Below are positions 1 to 10,800 of a stretch of DNA of 64,000 bases, piece by piece. How positions within the stretch are numbered: the first letter of the stretch is position 1; the number at the start of each line of letters is the position of its first letter. The position numbers and the translations under genes were made by a program. The notes under the pieces are model-generated. The model saw nothing but the letters and a program-made list of their open reading frames with translations, was not told where the DNA came from and did not search any database. Location of the stretch: the IMG/VR virus record IMGVR_UViG_3300028048_000057, positions 32,001-96,000 of that record, one strand, 5' to 3'. Source of the DNA: a virus (Duplodnaviria > Caudoviricetes).

Positions 1-161
1 TTTCTTTAATGATGCAGTTATTAGGTGATGATGCTTTTCTTAAAAATACACCTATGGAATTAGCAAATAAAATTTTATTTTGTATAATATCATGTGCACT
101 TACTTCTGGAATTATAGGTATGTGTTTCTTAAGATTGGTTACTATGTAAAGGAGTATTTAG

Positions 162-401
162 ATGAAAAGAAAATATACAAAATGTGAATGTTGTCCATTT
201 TATGCTAAAGAAATGAAAAGTGGAAAATGGGAATGTTCAAAAATAAATCCTAGTTATTATACCCCAAGGAGTTATACAAGGGAAGAAAAATCAGGAAGTT
301 TATGTATTTTTAATTATCATAGCAGTGAGGATAAAGATAATAACTTAAAAAATCAAATACTAGAGCGTTGGATAAATGCTAATAAAGGAGAGAATCAATA
401 A
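162..401 (+). CDS. Small Cys-rich hypothetical protein
   Basis: ORF with AAGGAG RBS; CECCPF motif. Confidence 0.7.
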   Translation: MKRKYTKCECCPFYAKEMKSGKWECSKINPSYYTPRSYTREEKSGSLCIFNYHSSEDKDNNLKNQILERWINANKGENQ

Positions 402-565
402 TGAAATCAATTCCACATTATTATTTAGCCTTGCTTATTTGGGTTTTAGAGATTATAATGTTTGCTTCAATTGTATTATTACCATTAGTAGTTTGGTTAA
501 GAGATAATTTTGATGCCTTTAAAGTTCCTTTTTGTTGTGCTTATTGTGAAAATTGGAGGAATTAG
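401..565 (+). CDS. Small membrane protein, 54 aa (not in ORF track)
   Basis: ATG overlaps the previous stop (TAATG), AAGGAG upstream; MKSIPHYYLALLIWVLEIIMFASIVLLPLVVWLRD... hydrophobic stretch. Confidence 0.6.
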   Translation: MKSIPHYYLALLIWVLEIIMFASIVLLPLVVWLRDNFDAFKVPFCCAYCENWRN

Positions 566-566
566 T

Positions 567-842
567 ATGCTAATAAAAGCAATAGTTAAAAGAGAAGAAG
601 AATTTGATTTAAGACAATTTAATTTTTATTGTGAAGAAACAATAGAAGAAAATAAAGATTCTAATTTATCTTTTGATGAACTAGTAAATAAATGTTATGA
701 AAACTTATTGTTTACATTTATTGAAGATTTAGGATATGATATCATCTCTGTCAATGAACAAGATAAACAAAAAGTCTTATATTGGATTAGACAAAATGTA
801 AAAGACATTTTAGATAAAAAGAAGAAAGAGGTCTTGTTATGA
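567..842 (+). CDS. Hypothetical protein (start moved from 510 to ATG 567)
   Basis: GGAGG RBS just upstream of ATG 567. Confidence 0.7.
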   Translation: MLIKAIVKREEEFDLRQFNFYCEETIEENKDSNLSFDELVNKCYENLLFTFIEDLGYDIISVNEQDKQKVLYWIRQNVKDILDKKKKEVLL

Positions 843-1222
843 TTACAAATGAAAACATTATGAAATACATTAGAACGAAAGATGACAAAATCTATGAATT
901 GCAAGCAGCAAAAAGTGGAGAAAAATATCTTGTTAGGAGAAATGAACTAATACCAATGTGGAACACTAACGAGTATGAAATCATTAAGCAAGCCGACACT
1001 ATTGAGGAATTGTGTGATTGCTGTGTTTGTTTTATCAAAGATGGATACTATCCTTATATTTATTCTATTGAAGATATTAAGTATTTAAGAAAGTTGGAAC
1101 AATTTGGGGGCAAAATAAGAAATAACAGAGTGTATGAAAAAGTTTATCTTACCCTCTGGACTGATAAAGGTCTTATCTATGTAGCAAAGATGAACGACAA
1201 AGGAGAGTTAGAATTATTATGA
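839..1222 (+). CDS. Phage hypothetical protein
   Basis: ATGA overlap with upstream gene, GAGG RBS. Confidence 0.7.
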   Translation: MITNENIMKYIRTKDDKIYELQAAKSGEKYLVRRNELIPMWNTNEYEIIKQADTIEELCDCCVCFIKDGYYPYIYSIEDIKYLRKLEQFGGKIRNNRVYEKVYLTLWTDKGLIYVAKMNDKGELELL

Positions 1223-1404
1223 AAAAGAAAATTAAAGATTTGACTTTAGAAGAAATGAATAAGATTTGTGCTTTTCATAATGAAAAAGGAACATCTTGCT
1301 TGAATAATCATTGTAAATGTCCTTTACTTTTTGCAGGTGCTTGCTTAAGAGGTTTTGTTGAAAAATTGCAATACATTAAAAAAGAGGTAGAAGTTGATGA
1401 CTAA
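1219..1404 (+). CDS. Small Cys-rich hypothetical protein
   Basis: Overlapping start/stop coupling, AGGAG RBS. Confidence 0.65.
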   Translation: MKKKIKDLTLEEMNKICAFHNEKGTSCLNNHCKCPLLFAGACLRGFVEKLQYIKKEVEVDD

Positions 1405-1777
1405 AGAATTAACACCATTAGAAGCATTAAAAAACTTAGCAAAGATGTTTAGTTGTGAAACCCCATTTTGGGATAGTAATATGCAAATCATTGAATCTGC
1501 ACTTAAAAAGTTAGAAAAATGGGAAAACCTTAAAATCAGTGAAGAAGAAGCACATTGGTTAATGACTTTGATAAGCAACCCTGAAGGTCAATTAGATAAA
1601 CTCAAAGCATTAGAGATAATTAAAAAGAAAATGGTTGATATATCTATGTTTTATTGTACTGATGTTTTATCAGAATATAATGATTGGGCAAGAAAACATT
1701 TAACTTTATTACCACCTGAAAAAAGAGAACTAACCAAGGAAGAATACAATTTATTAAAAAGGTGTTGTTATGATTAA
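1394..1777 (+). CDS. Hypothetical protein, C-terminus paralogous to 57150-57548
   Basis: KALEIIKKK...LTKEEYNLLK versus KALETIKEK...LTQKEFDLLK. Confidence 0.7.
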   Translation: MMTKELTPLEALKNLAKMFSCETPFWDSNMQIIESALKKLEKWENLKISEEEAHWLMTLISNPEGQLDKLKALEIIKKKMVDISMFYCTDVLSEYNDWARKHLTLLPPEKRELTKEEYNLLKRCCYD

Positions 1778-1988
1778 ATGGAAAGTATTTGAAAGTAAAA
1801 CTCCAAAACAACTTATGAAAACACTACAAAATTGGGGTTGGAAGAAAGAAGACATTATCAATTTATTAGTCTATTATGAAATAGAAGATGAAGAAACCTT
1901 AAAAGGAACTACTTATCTTAATATATGTACTAAATATAAAATTATTTTAACTGAATGTGTTGAAGAAGAATATGACAATGCATATTAA
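1770..1988 (+). CDS. Hypothetical protein
   Basis: ORF overlapping the upstream stop. Confidence 0.6.
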   Translation: MIKWKVFESKTPKQLMKTLQNWGWKKEDIINLLVYYEIEDEETLKGTTYLNICTKYKIILTECVEEEYDNAY

Positions 1989-1993
1989 TAAAT

Positions 1994-2020
1994 AAAGAAC
2001 TTAATTGTTCTTTTTTTTTT
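1994..2020 (+). terminator. Intrinsic terminator
   Basis: AAAGAAC-TTAATT-GTTCTTT followed by a T run. Confidence 0.75.
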
Positions 2021-2070
2021 ATTGTATTATTATCTTAATTTTGCTAAAATAATATAAGAGGTAATTTGTC

Positions 2071-2268
2071 ATGGCTAAGAAAAAGAAAAAATTAAAAATC
2101 AATTATACAAAGTCATCAAGTGGAGTGGTTACTTTACATTTAGACCCTAAAGATATTAAAGTAAGAAATGAACTACATTTTCAGACTCAATTAAATACTA
2201 AAGCACAAGTATATAAAGATAAAACAAAATACTCTAGGAAAAGAAAGCATAAGAATAAAGAAGAGTAA
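2071..2268 (+). CDS. Small basic protein with ArfA-like C-terminal motif
   Basis: GAGG RBS; KDKTKYSRKRKHK tail. Confidence 0.6.
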   Translation: MAKKKKKLKINYTKSSSGVVTLHLDPKDIKVRNELHFQTQLNTKAQVYKDKTKYSRKRKHKNKEE

Positions 2269-2277
2269 CTCTTTTTG

Positions 2278-2294
2278 TGCTAAATTTAATGATA
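2278..2294 (+). promoter_or_regulatory. Putative phage late promoter TGCTAAATTTAWTGA (type copy; others start at 2042, 7807, 14108, 18711, 19942, 26711, 28966, 36752, 52719, 53409)
   Basis: Recurs in intergenic gaps just upstream of the RBS of structural and virion genes. Confidence 0.8.
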
Positions 2295-2320
2295 AATTTA
2301 CTAGGAGAAAATAACTGTAT

Positions 2321-5300
2321 ATGGAATTATATGATAAAGTAACTCAAGTATTAGATGATTATGGTATTCTTTATGGTGATATTGTAGAAAATGATGATGG
2401 TTCTATTAATATTGTTGGTGTTGAAGAAGATGAATGGGATGAAGTAGTTGATGCTATTAAAGAAGAATTAGGCCTTGATGTTTTAGTTCCAGATTCAGAC
2501 CATGATGAATTAGACAATGAATTAATTGTTAGAGAATCCTTAAAAGAATCTTGTGTAAAATATACAAAACCAACTAAAGAAGATATTGAAGAATGGGACC
2601 CTGATTTTGATATTTGTTGTAAAGATGTTGCTAATGGATTAGATAGTGGCTATTGGCATGGACAAACCTCAAGTGAAAGAAGTTGGGGATTAAGTGTTAA
2701 TGGTAAAGATGGAAATCAATTTAGTCCATTATTTGCAGATGTAGTTGCTTATGAAATTTCTTATCCAGTTAGAGATGGTTTATTTAGTTATAGTGGTTTA
2801 GATTGTGTTCCTAATAAATCTACATTCTCCTATATGAGTGAAGAAGATTGGAAAGATGAAGATAAATTAGAAACACTTAGAAATGATTTATTAAGTGTTG
2901 GTTGTGAAGAAGAAGAAATTAATAAATTCTTTAAAGATGAAATTAGTGAAATTGAATTCTATGTTGATTATGAAATTGATATTGATGATTTAGAAGAAGA
3001 TGAAGAAGAAACTGATGAATCTTTAAAAGAAGATAAAAGTTTTAAGGATTTAACAATTGAAGACATGTTCTTTGAAGTTTCTGGTAAGAAATTTAAAGTT
3101 TTTGATAAAAATGGTCACTTCACAAAAGAAGCATGGAAATTATATGATAAAGTAGCAAAGAAATTTGGAGATTATGATGAGTTTGATGCTCTTTGTGGTG
3201 AAGAAGGTTGTTTTGAAGATGATGAAGATATTCAATACCCTTCTAATGAATCTTTAAAAGAAGCAAAAGATGAAGATAAATTAGAAACCTTTGAAGATAA
3301 AATGGACTTCTTAGCAAAAGATGAACAAGAAGCAATTGATGGTTATGACAAAGTTATTGCTATGTTAAATCCAGATGAAGATGCTTTTGTTATTGAACAA
3401 TTAACTAAAATTAAAATTGAAGAAGAAGCACATAAAAAATATCTTGAAGATGTTAAAACTAATAAAGAGTTAGAATATACTGAACCTTTAGAACAAGATG
3501 AACTTGAAGAAGGTAAAACAAGTGCTCAAAAATATAATGATATGCTTCATAGAACTTTTGAGATGGCTAAAAAAGCCAATCTTGCTATGAAAGATTTCTT
3601 AATTAAAAATGGTGTTAGTGAAGAGGAAGCAGAAAAGTTATATCAAGATACAGGATTACATGGAAGTCCATTACAACAAAAATTAATTGACATGGGACTT
3701 AAAGATGAATTCTTTAGTAAATATGATTATAGTAAAGGTGTTATGAAAGAATCTAAACAAATTAAAGAAGCACAAGAAGGATTTACTACTTTCCTTAATT
3801 TAGAGTGTGGTGTATTATTAGAAGAAGACCACCCAGAATTTAAAGACTATTCAGTTGCTTATGACCATAAACATGGATATTATGATGAAACCTATCTCAA
3901 TTCTTTAGAAGGTGATTTAGAACTTCTTAAAGAGAGTGGATTAGATTATATCAAAAAAGGTGTTAATGGAACATATGCTATTTTAACTAAAGTAGATGTC
4001 CAAGGAAGCATGGAAGATGACTTTATTAAAGATGCTATCAAAGACATTGAAGATGGAATGTATATTGATAATAGTATTGAATTCTTAGATGGTGAACAAT
4101 TCAAAGCATCTAATGTCATTTGGAGTGCATACAAAGATGAGAATGGTGAAATCCATGAAAACTTTGTTGATACAAGTGTTACTGAAGAATGTAAAAAAGA
4201 ATTAAAAGAATACAATTTACCTAAAGATGCTAAACCATATAAAACATGTGGTGATAAAGAATATTATATTGCTACCTTTGATGATGTAGATAGAGCAATG
4301 ATGGGAAACAAAGCAACTCATACAATTGTCACTAAGAAAGTTGGTGGAGACTTTGATATGGGAAGTGCTAGTGGTTTAGACTTTAATAGTGAAGAAGAAG
4401 CCAAAAAGTGGATTGATGATGCATGCTCATTAAAAGAAGATGTTAGTGATGAAGTAGCAAGTAAATTACAAGCCTTATATGATGAAGGTAGAGTTTACTT
4501 TGACCTAGCCAAAGATAAAGATGGAGATGACTTCCTCATTGTTGATGGATGGGAAGATGTTAGAAAAATTCAAAAAGCATTAAAACCAGATTTTGAACCT
4601 AAAGATGAATATGACACAAGTGTCTTAGATGAATTATTTGACAATGGTTATCAATGGGGATTTAGAGATGAATACTCTAAATGTGATAGATGTGGAAAAG
4701 TAATTAGAACAGAAGCAGACTCTTATTCATGGGTTCCAGACTTCTTTGTAACAGAAGATGGAGAAATTATTTGTGGTGATTGTGTTAGAGAAAATCCTAA
4801 AGAATATTTAGAAACTTTATATAACAACCCAGAAAAGGCAAATACAATCTTAAGTGCTCAAGACTTAATTGATAATGGTTTTGAAAAGATTGATGGTGAC
4901 TATGAAGATGGTTGGTATGACAAACATGACTCACCAGAAGAAATCCTTAACAAGGCTTTAGAAGCACATCCTAATGGAGTATTTATTTTCCATATTAGTG
5001 GACAAGGACAATTTGCAACTCAATTTGAATTATGGGGTGCAGACCTTGACTTAGATGAATCTAAGAAAAAAGACATTAAAGAAGAAAATGAAGACCATTA
5101 TGTTGTTATCTATTATGAAGATGGTAGTCATGACATTTCTTATGGTGATTATGATAAATCTTGTAAATTTTATGATGAGTATGTAGAAAAATTAGGTTCT
5201 ACTATTGAATCAGGAAAGAAGATTGTTAAAGTTTTAAGATATAGTGAAAATGGTTGTGAAGAAAGTAAATCTTTAGAAGGATTTGAAAATATTGATGAAT

Positions 5301-5509
5301 CCTTAAAGGAATCCTACAAAGAAAATGACCTTATTGAATTTGAAGATGATGCACCTATGACTTTTGGTGATATTGTTGAAATGATGTACAATAGATTATC
5401 AAAGGAAGATAACTTAGTTGAGAACTTAGAAGAAGAAGCCCTCAAATGTGCTAAAAACTTCATTGAAGAAAAAGGTGGGCATAAAGCCACTAAAGATGCA
5501 GAAAAGTAA
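2321..5509 (+). CDS. Acidic multi-module putative internal head polyprotein, 1062 aa
   Basis: 4 exact ESLKE linkers plus variants; ferritin-like segment (DEQEAIDGY...EEEAH); CxxC...CxxC module; late motif upstream. Confidence 0.6.
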   Translation: MELYDKVTQVLDDYGILYGDIVENDDGSINIVGVEEDEWDEVVDAIKEELGLDVLVPDSDHDELDNELIVRESLKESCVKYTKPTKEDIEEWDPDFDICCKDVANGLDSGYWHGQTSSERSWGLSVNGKDGNQFSPLFADVVAYEISYPVRDGLFSYSGLDCVPNKSTFSYMSEEDWKDEDKLETLRNDLLSVGCEEEEINKFFKDEISEIEFYVDYEIDIDDLEEDEEETDESLKEDKSFKDLTIEDMFFEVSGKKFKVFDKNGHFTKEAWKLYDKVAKKFGDYDEFDALCGEEGCFEDDEDIQYPSNESLKEAKDEDKLETFEDKMDFLAKDEQEAIDGYDKVIAMLNPDEDAFVIEQLTKIKIEEEAHKKYLEDVKTNKELEYTEPLEQDELEEGKTSAQKYNDMLHRTFEMAKKANLAMKDFLIKNGVSEEEAEKLYQDTGLHGSPLQQKLIDMGLKDEFFSKYDYSKGVMKESKQIKEAQEGFTTFLNLECGVLLEEDHPEFKDYSVAYDHKHGYYDETYLNSLEGDLELLKESGLDYIKKGVNGTYAILTKVDVQGSMEDDFIKDAIKDIEDGMYIDNSIEFLDGEQFKASNVIWSAYKDENGEIHENFVDTSVTEECKKELKEYNLPKDAKPYKTCGDKEYYIATFDDVDRAMMGNKATHTIVTKKVGGDFDMGSASGLDFNSEEEAKKWIDDACSLKEDVSDEVASKLQALYDEGRVYFDLAKDKDGDDFLIVDGWEDVRKIQKALKPDFEPKDEYDTSVLDELFDNGYQWGFRDEYSKCDRCGKVIRTEADSYSWVPDFFVTEDGEIICGDCVRENPKEYLETLYNNPEKANTILSAQDLIDNGFEKIDGDYEDGWYDKHDSPEEILNKALEAHPNGVFIFHISGQGQFATQFELWGADLDLDESKKKDIKEENEDHYVVIYYEDGSHDISYGDYDKSCKFYDEYVEKLGSTIESGKKIVKVLRYSENGCEESKSLEGFENIDESLKESYKENDLIEFEDDAPMTFGDIVEMMYNRLSKEDNLVENLEEEALKCAKNFIEEKGGHKATKDAEK

Positions 5510-5556
5510 TCCTACTCATGGATTAACCTAAAAGTGGCTCAGAAAGGCTAAAAATA

Positions 5557-6273
5557 ATGGAAAAAGGCCAAAGAGTTAAAATTGTTAATACTAATTCTAT
5601 TTGGGATGATAAAGAAGGTGTCTTAGAAGATATTGAGGAAGAAAGATGTACAGTATTTGTAGATTTTATTCCAGAACAAAATAAAAAAGTAAGGCAATAC
5701 TTTAAGTTAGAAAATGTAGAACCAATAGATTCTTTTGATGAAGCCCTAAAAGATAAAGTTAGTGGTGAAGTGGGAGAATTAGAAAAAGACTTCAAAAATG
5801 GATATGGTTTATTAAAAACTAATAAAGGAAATACAATTCAAGTAGCCATTGATAACCTTGAAGAAGTAGAGGACGATGTTTCTTCTTCATTAAATGTTTT
5901 AGATGTTATAACTACAGAATCTTTTGAGGAAGATTATTTTAATTTACCTAATCCTAAAGAAGCAGATTGGTTCTTTGAAAAGAAAGAATCAAATAGTTTA
6001 ATGATTTTACAAAGATTAGGACTAGAAAAAACTATTCAACTAGGAAAGGCCAAAAAAGAATCTATTTCAAATAATAATAAATACAAAGGTGGAGTAACAG
6101 TTTATTCTTTATTTAAAGGTGCAGGAAGCGGGAATCAATTTAGAGCCTATTTTTATAGAGAAGGAAATACTTGTATCTTTGTAAGATGCTTGTTAAAGAA
6201 GACAACTAAAAATACATCAGAAGAAGATAAGGCAATTATGGACACCATAAATTATGCTTTATCTAAAAAATGA
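5557..6273 (+). CDS. KOW/SH3-like N-terminus plus RelE/Gp49-like C-terminal domain
   Basis: KGQRVKIV...EGVLEDI; FRAYFYREGNTCIFVRCLLKKTTK resembles the Gp49/HigB-type RelE C-terminus. Confidence 0.45.
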   Translation: MEKGQRVKIVNTNSIWDDKEGVLEDIEEERCTVFVDFIPEQNKKVRQYFKLENVEPIDSFDEALKDKVSGEVGELEKDFKNGYGLLKTNKGNTIQVAIDNLEEVEDDVSSSLNVLDVITTESFEEDYFNLPNPKEADWFFEKKESNSLMILQRLGLEKTIQLGKAKKESISNNNKYKGGVTVYSLFKGAGSGNQFRAYFYREGNTCIFVRCLLKKTTKNTSEEDKAIMDTINYALSKK

Positions 6274-6275
6274 TG

Positions 6276-6304
6276 TTGACAAATAATATAGACCTATTTA
6301 TAAT
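6276..6304 (+). promoter_or_regulatory. Sigma70/SigA-type promoter
   Basis: TTGACA-17 bp-TATAAT. Confidence 0.85.
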
Positions 6305-6330
6305 TGTGATTGAAGTGAGGTACTAGGAAT

Positions 6331-7092
6331 ATGGAATTACCAAAATTAACTAAAGAAATTGCTAAACAAATTGATGACAACTATCAAAAGTTCTTAAAGA
6401 ATGAAGAACTCAAAGAAGCATTAAGAGAAGATGATATGCTTAAAGCAAAGGCATTAGCAGAATATCTTGGTGTAGATGTTGAAGATATTGAAAATACAGG
6501 AATTGACCTCTATAAAGTAGATGGTGATGAATATTTAGTTCTAACAGATGAAGAGGCTACAGAAAAAGCAGAAGAAGAAATTCAAAATGTTTTTGATGAT
6601 TTAGGTTTAGATTCTTTTACTGATTCATTTAAAGAATGGATTATGAACAATTGTGTCTCTACAGGTAAAGTATATGATTGGATGTTAGATTCATATAGAA
6701 GTTATGTAGATGATATTGAATTAGAAAATGATTATACTTTTGGTAACAGACTTATTCAAGAACTCTATGATAATGGTTTATTAGAAGATGAAGATTTTGA
6801 AGTTGAAGATGGAGAAATCCTCTATGATGAATTAAGAGATTCTTCTATCTTAGATAGTAAAAAAGAAGAATATGCAAATCAATTAGCATCTACAATGGAC
6901 CCTATGGATTGGTTAAAAGAAATCTATAGTGAAAAAGATTTAGCAAAATTAATTGTAGATGAAGATATGATTGATATGGAAGCCCTAATTGAAGAATGTA
7001 TTAGATTAGATGGTAGAGGCCATTTCATTGCTTACTATGATGGAAATGAACTTGACCTTGGTAATGGCTTATTTGCATATCAAGTAAACTAA
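6331..7092 (+). CDS. Highly acidic protein, possible DNA mimic/antirestriction
   Basis: Very D/E rich; own consensus promoter and terminator; function inferred only. Confidence 0.45.
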   Translation: MELPKLTKEIAKQIDDNYQKFLKNEELKEALREDDMLKAKALAEYLGVDVEDIENTGIDLYKVDGDEYLVLTDEEATEKAEEEIQNVFDDLGLDSFTDSFKEWIMNNCVSTGKVYDWMLDSYRSYVDDIELENDYTFGNRLIQELYDNGLLEDEDFEVEDGEILYDELRDSSILDSKKEEYANQLASTMDPMDWLKEIYSEKDLAKLIVDEDMIDMEALIEECIRLDGRGHFIAYYDGNELDLGNGLFAYQVN

Positions 7093-7097
7093 ACAAT

Positions 7098-7130
7098 AAA
7101 AAGCAACCAAAAATGGTTGTTTTTTATTTT
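7098..7130 (+). terminator. Intrinsic terminator
   Basis: AAAAAGCAACC-AAAAAT-GGTTGTTTTTT. Confidence 0.75.
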
Positions 7131-7324
7131 TCAATCAAAAATGGTTGCTAAAAAAGAAAGGGTAATAGAAAAAAGAAAGTAACATAAAGAAATAAAGATT
7201 ACCTAAAAGAAGTGTTGTATATGTTCTAATACATCCTATATAAATATAGTCTATATTATAACATATACAAGAGTACAGGTCACTTTTTTACCTCTTTGTT
7301 ATAAGTTTTTGTCAAAAAAAATAT

Positions 7325-7353
7325 TTGACTAAAAACATAATAGAGTTTATAAT
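7325..7353 (+). promoter_or_regulatory. Sigma70/SigA-type promoter
   Basis: TTGACT-17 bp-TATAAT. Confidence 0.8.
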
Positions 7354-7371
7354 TTAACTAAAGGTATTATT

Positions 7372-7752
7372 ATGAGAACAGATATTACACTAGAATCTAT
7401 CATTAGCCTTAGATATAATGAAGAAAGAAACTATTCTTCTCTTAAAGCATCTAAAGTAGTAGAAGTATCTTTTGATATTATTAGAAAAATAAATAAACTT
7501 AGTAAAGAATGTTGGAATGATTTATCTATTCAATTTGCTATCTATAGACAAAACTTAGCATATTATAGAAGAAATGGTGGATTATATCCTAACTTAGATT
7601 ATCCTTTAACATATAAACAAAAGATTAGTCAACTTCAAGAAATTAAATATTTTATCCTTGATAATGTAGATAAGATTAAAAATAATAATTGGACTTATGA
7701 TATTGGATATTGTAAATACATAAGAGGACTTAGAGATATTCTTACATTGTAA
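7372..7752 (+). CDS. Hypothetical protein
   Basis: ORF between a promoter and a hairpin at 7780-7803. Confidence 0.65.
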   Translation: MRTDITLESIISLRYNEERNYSSLKASKVVEVSFDIIRKINKLSKECWNDLSIQFAIYRQNLAYYRRNGGLYPNLDYPLTYKQKISQLQEIKYFILDNVDKIKNNNWTYDIGYCKYIRGLRDILTL

Positions 7753-7845
7753 TGTATAACTTTAGTTGTATAATTAATTAAGAGTGCTTTATGTAACTCT
7801 TTTCATTGCTAAATTTATTGATACAATAAATAAGGAGTTTTATAG

Positions 7846-10800
7846 ATGGATATAGATTCAAAGAGTACAAATAAGAATATTTGTAAAGAAGACTTAACTA
7901 GTGATATTGAATTAGTATCTAAGTCTTTTGGAACCTCTACACAACCATTTATGGGCCCTTCTTATATTTTACCTAATGGTAAATTTTTAAAAATAAGAAA
8001 TGCCAATATCAATATTTCTAGTAATGGAAGTGGAGATAGAGGATTAATCATTCACTTAGATGTTCAAAAATGGTTAAACAAACAACACAATAAAGAAGTA
8101 AGTAATATTGATAGTATAGATTTAGAAGAAGTTTGTATTAGAGTTAATACAGATATGGTAGAACATTATATTGTATTGCCTAAACAAAGACCTAATGATA
8201 ATCAGTTTGAAGCATTAAAGGATTGGATAGACTTCTACTTTGAAAAAAGAAATACTAATTTAACACTAGTTTCCTACTATGGTCCTACAGAGACTTATTT
8301 TGTAGGTACAGTTGCAGAAGATATTATTGATGATATTAAAGCATACTATACAAGAGGAATGTATTTTGAAAGTAAATCTTGTACAAAAGATAAACCTATA
8401 GTTATTAAAGAAGACTACACTCCTACAGAAGAAGATTTTCCATTTACTTTAGATGATATAGAAAATGAATTTCCTGATTTATTTAGTTCTAATTTTGAAT
8501 CTTGTGGAAATGCTTTTATTACTCCAGATGGAAGATTCATTCTTAGTGGAAAAAGATTTGATATGCATGCTGACTTTTCTTGGCAATGCTTAATGAACAT
8601 TGCTGGTAAGACAGAACAAGAAATTGAAACTGAGTGGGATACAAGTAAACTTTTAGATGCTTTTACTAAATATTTTGATTTAGTTAGAGTTAATGATGGT
8701 TCTAATAAAGGTTCAGAGGAAAGAGTTTATTTTGTAATTCCAAAAAATAGATTATCTAGAGGCCAATATGATGCTTTATTATCTTGGTTAGATTATATAC
8801 TAGAAAATAAGTTTTCTAAAAAGATTTATGATATTCAAGCATTTGTAGGAAATAATTATGCACATAAAAGATGGGATATATCTAATGATATTACAAGTGA
8901 TGAAATCATGGAGGATGTTGAGGGTGCTTTAATTAGAGGTTACTTTACTGAATCTCTTAAAGAAGAAGTTAGCGAAAGTGACCAAGAAATATTAAACATT
9001 TTAGATGAAACATTTGGTCAAGGTGATAGAATTGTAGATTGGTCAACTTATATTTTACCTAATGGACATTGTTTAGACTTTTGGAGTGATTGTATAAATG
9101 ATAAATATTTAAGTGATTCTCCAGAAGAATGGTTCACAGAAGATGAAGGTGAACACGCTAGATGTTGGGAATTCATGAATGCTATGTGGCCAGATAAATT
9201 TGAATCTTCTATTGAGTGTGAAGAATTTATGGATAAATATTGTATTAAAGTTAATATTAATTATCCATATGCTTCCCTTGCTACAAATAATGTTACATCT
9301 CAACAATGGAATTCATTAGAAAAAATTATGAATTGTCTTTTAGAACACCCAATAGATTATTATTGGATGGAATGCCCTAATGATGAAAAAGGAATGGTTA
9401 GTATCTTAACTAAAAAGGGAGATACTTGGTTAAACTTATTTGAACTAGGCCTTGAAGAATTCATGAAAGAAGTTAAAGAAGGATATACAAGAGGATTCTT
9501 TGAAAATTTAGATGAATATTTTGATGAAGTAGGATTTGAAGAAACTAATGAAGAATTTCCAGTATTTGCTAGTGATGAACCATATAGAATTAAAACTTTA
9601 ATCACAAAAGGTGATAAGGCTTATAGAATTTATTATGATAAGAGTACAGGAACTTTCTATCTCCAAGATGCTTTTGGTAATAGAACACATGGAGATATGC
9701 TAGACCTAGCCAAAGAAAATGGATGGATTACAGACCAAAGTTCTTTAGGTAAATACTTAGATACTGATTGGGATGGGTACATGGTTTTCATTCCATTCAA
9801 TTATGATAAAGAATTAAGATGGCACACAAGAATAGGTGAGGATGATTATTATGATTGTAGAGTTTATCCTTATGGTGTCATGTTTGTTAGAGATGATAAA
9901 GCATATGAAAACCCTCTTTTTAGTGCATTAGGAGAACCAGAAAGAGAAATTCATTATAAAGAGTCTAATGAAACTATAACTATTAGTGTAGGAGATAAAT
10001 CCTATGACTTAGATGTATGGGATGATTTAGGTGCTGAACCTAATGATGCAATCTCTTTGGATTTAGATAGTTTAGGTAAAAAGAAAAAAGACCATAATAA
10101 ATTTGAATATGTTTTAGATATGGTTAAGTCTTTAGGATTTAAAGTTGCTAATTCTGAAAGAAGATATGAACAAAAAGAATACATTAATTTTGCAAATAGA
10201 TTTTATGATGAATATCAATTAGTAAGAGATATAGATAAAGATGAACCTTGGACCTTAAAAGATGAGGAAGGAAATGTTTTAAATGATTCTTTAGATTTTA
10301 ATGATAGTGATAATTGGAATGTTATTTCTTCTTTACAAGATGCTAAAGATGATGGCATAGATGATATAGATGATGATTTACTTGATTTAGATGATTTAGA
10401 CTATGATGACATTGAAAGAGAATCTTTAGATGAAGGAGTTGATAAATACTATAGATTAGAACTTGAAGACCCTTGGGGAGGAAGGTCTGGCCTTATACTA
10501 GGTGCTTTTGAAATGATTCCAACAAAAGAGACTATTGAGGAATTTCCTGAAGATTTTGAAGAATTGACAGATGATGAGAGAAGAACATATTATGAAATTG
10601 ATAGAATAATTTCTAAGTTATCTGAAATTAAATGTCCTGCAGTAAATTCTAAAAACATTTTTGCTTTTACAAAAGAGGCTTACAATAAATATAAGGAAGA
10701 TATAAAATATCTACAAGAATTAGTATCTAAAATAGGTATGAAAGTTATTATTAATGAAGTAGATGTAGATGATTTAGATATAGAGTATAAGGATGATGAC

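Noticed and set aside
7287-7315. Divergent minus-strand promoter (TTGACA at 7315-7310)
   Set aside because: No -10 hexamer at 16-18 bp spacing and no minus-strand gene.
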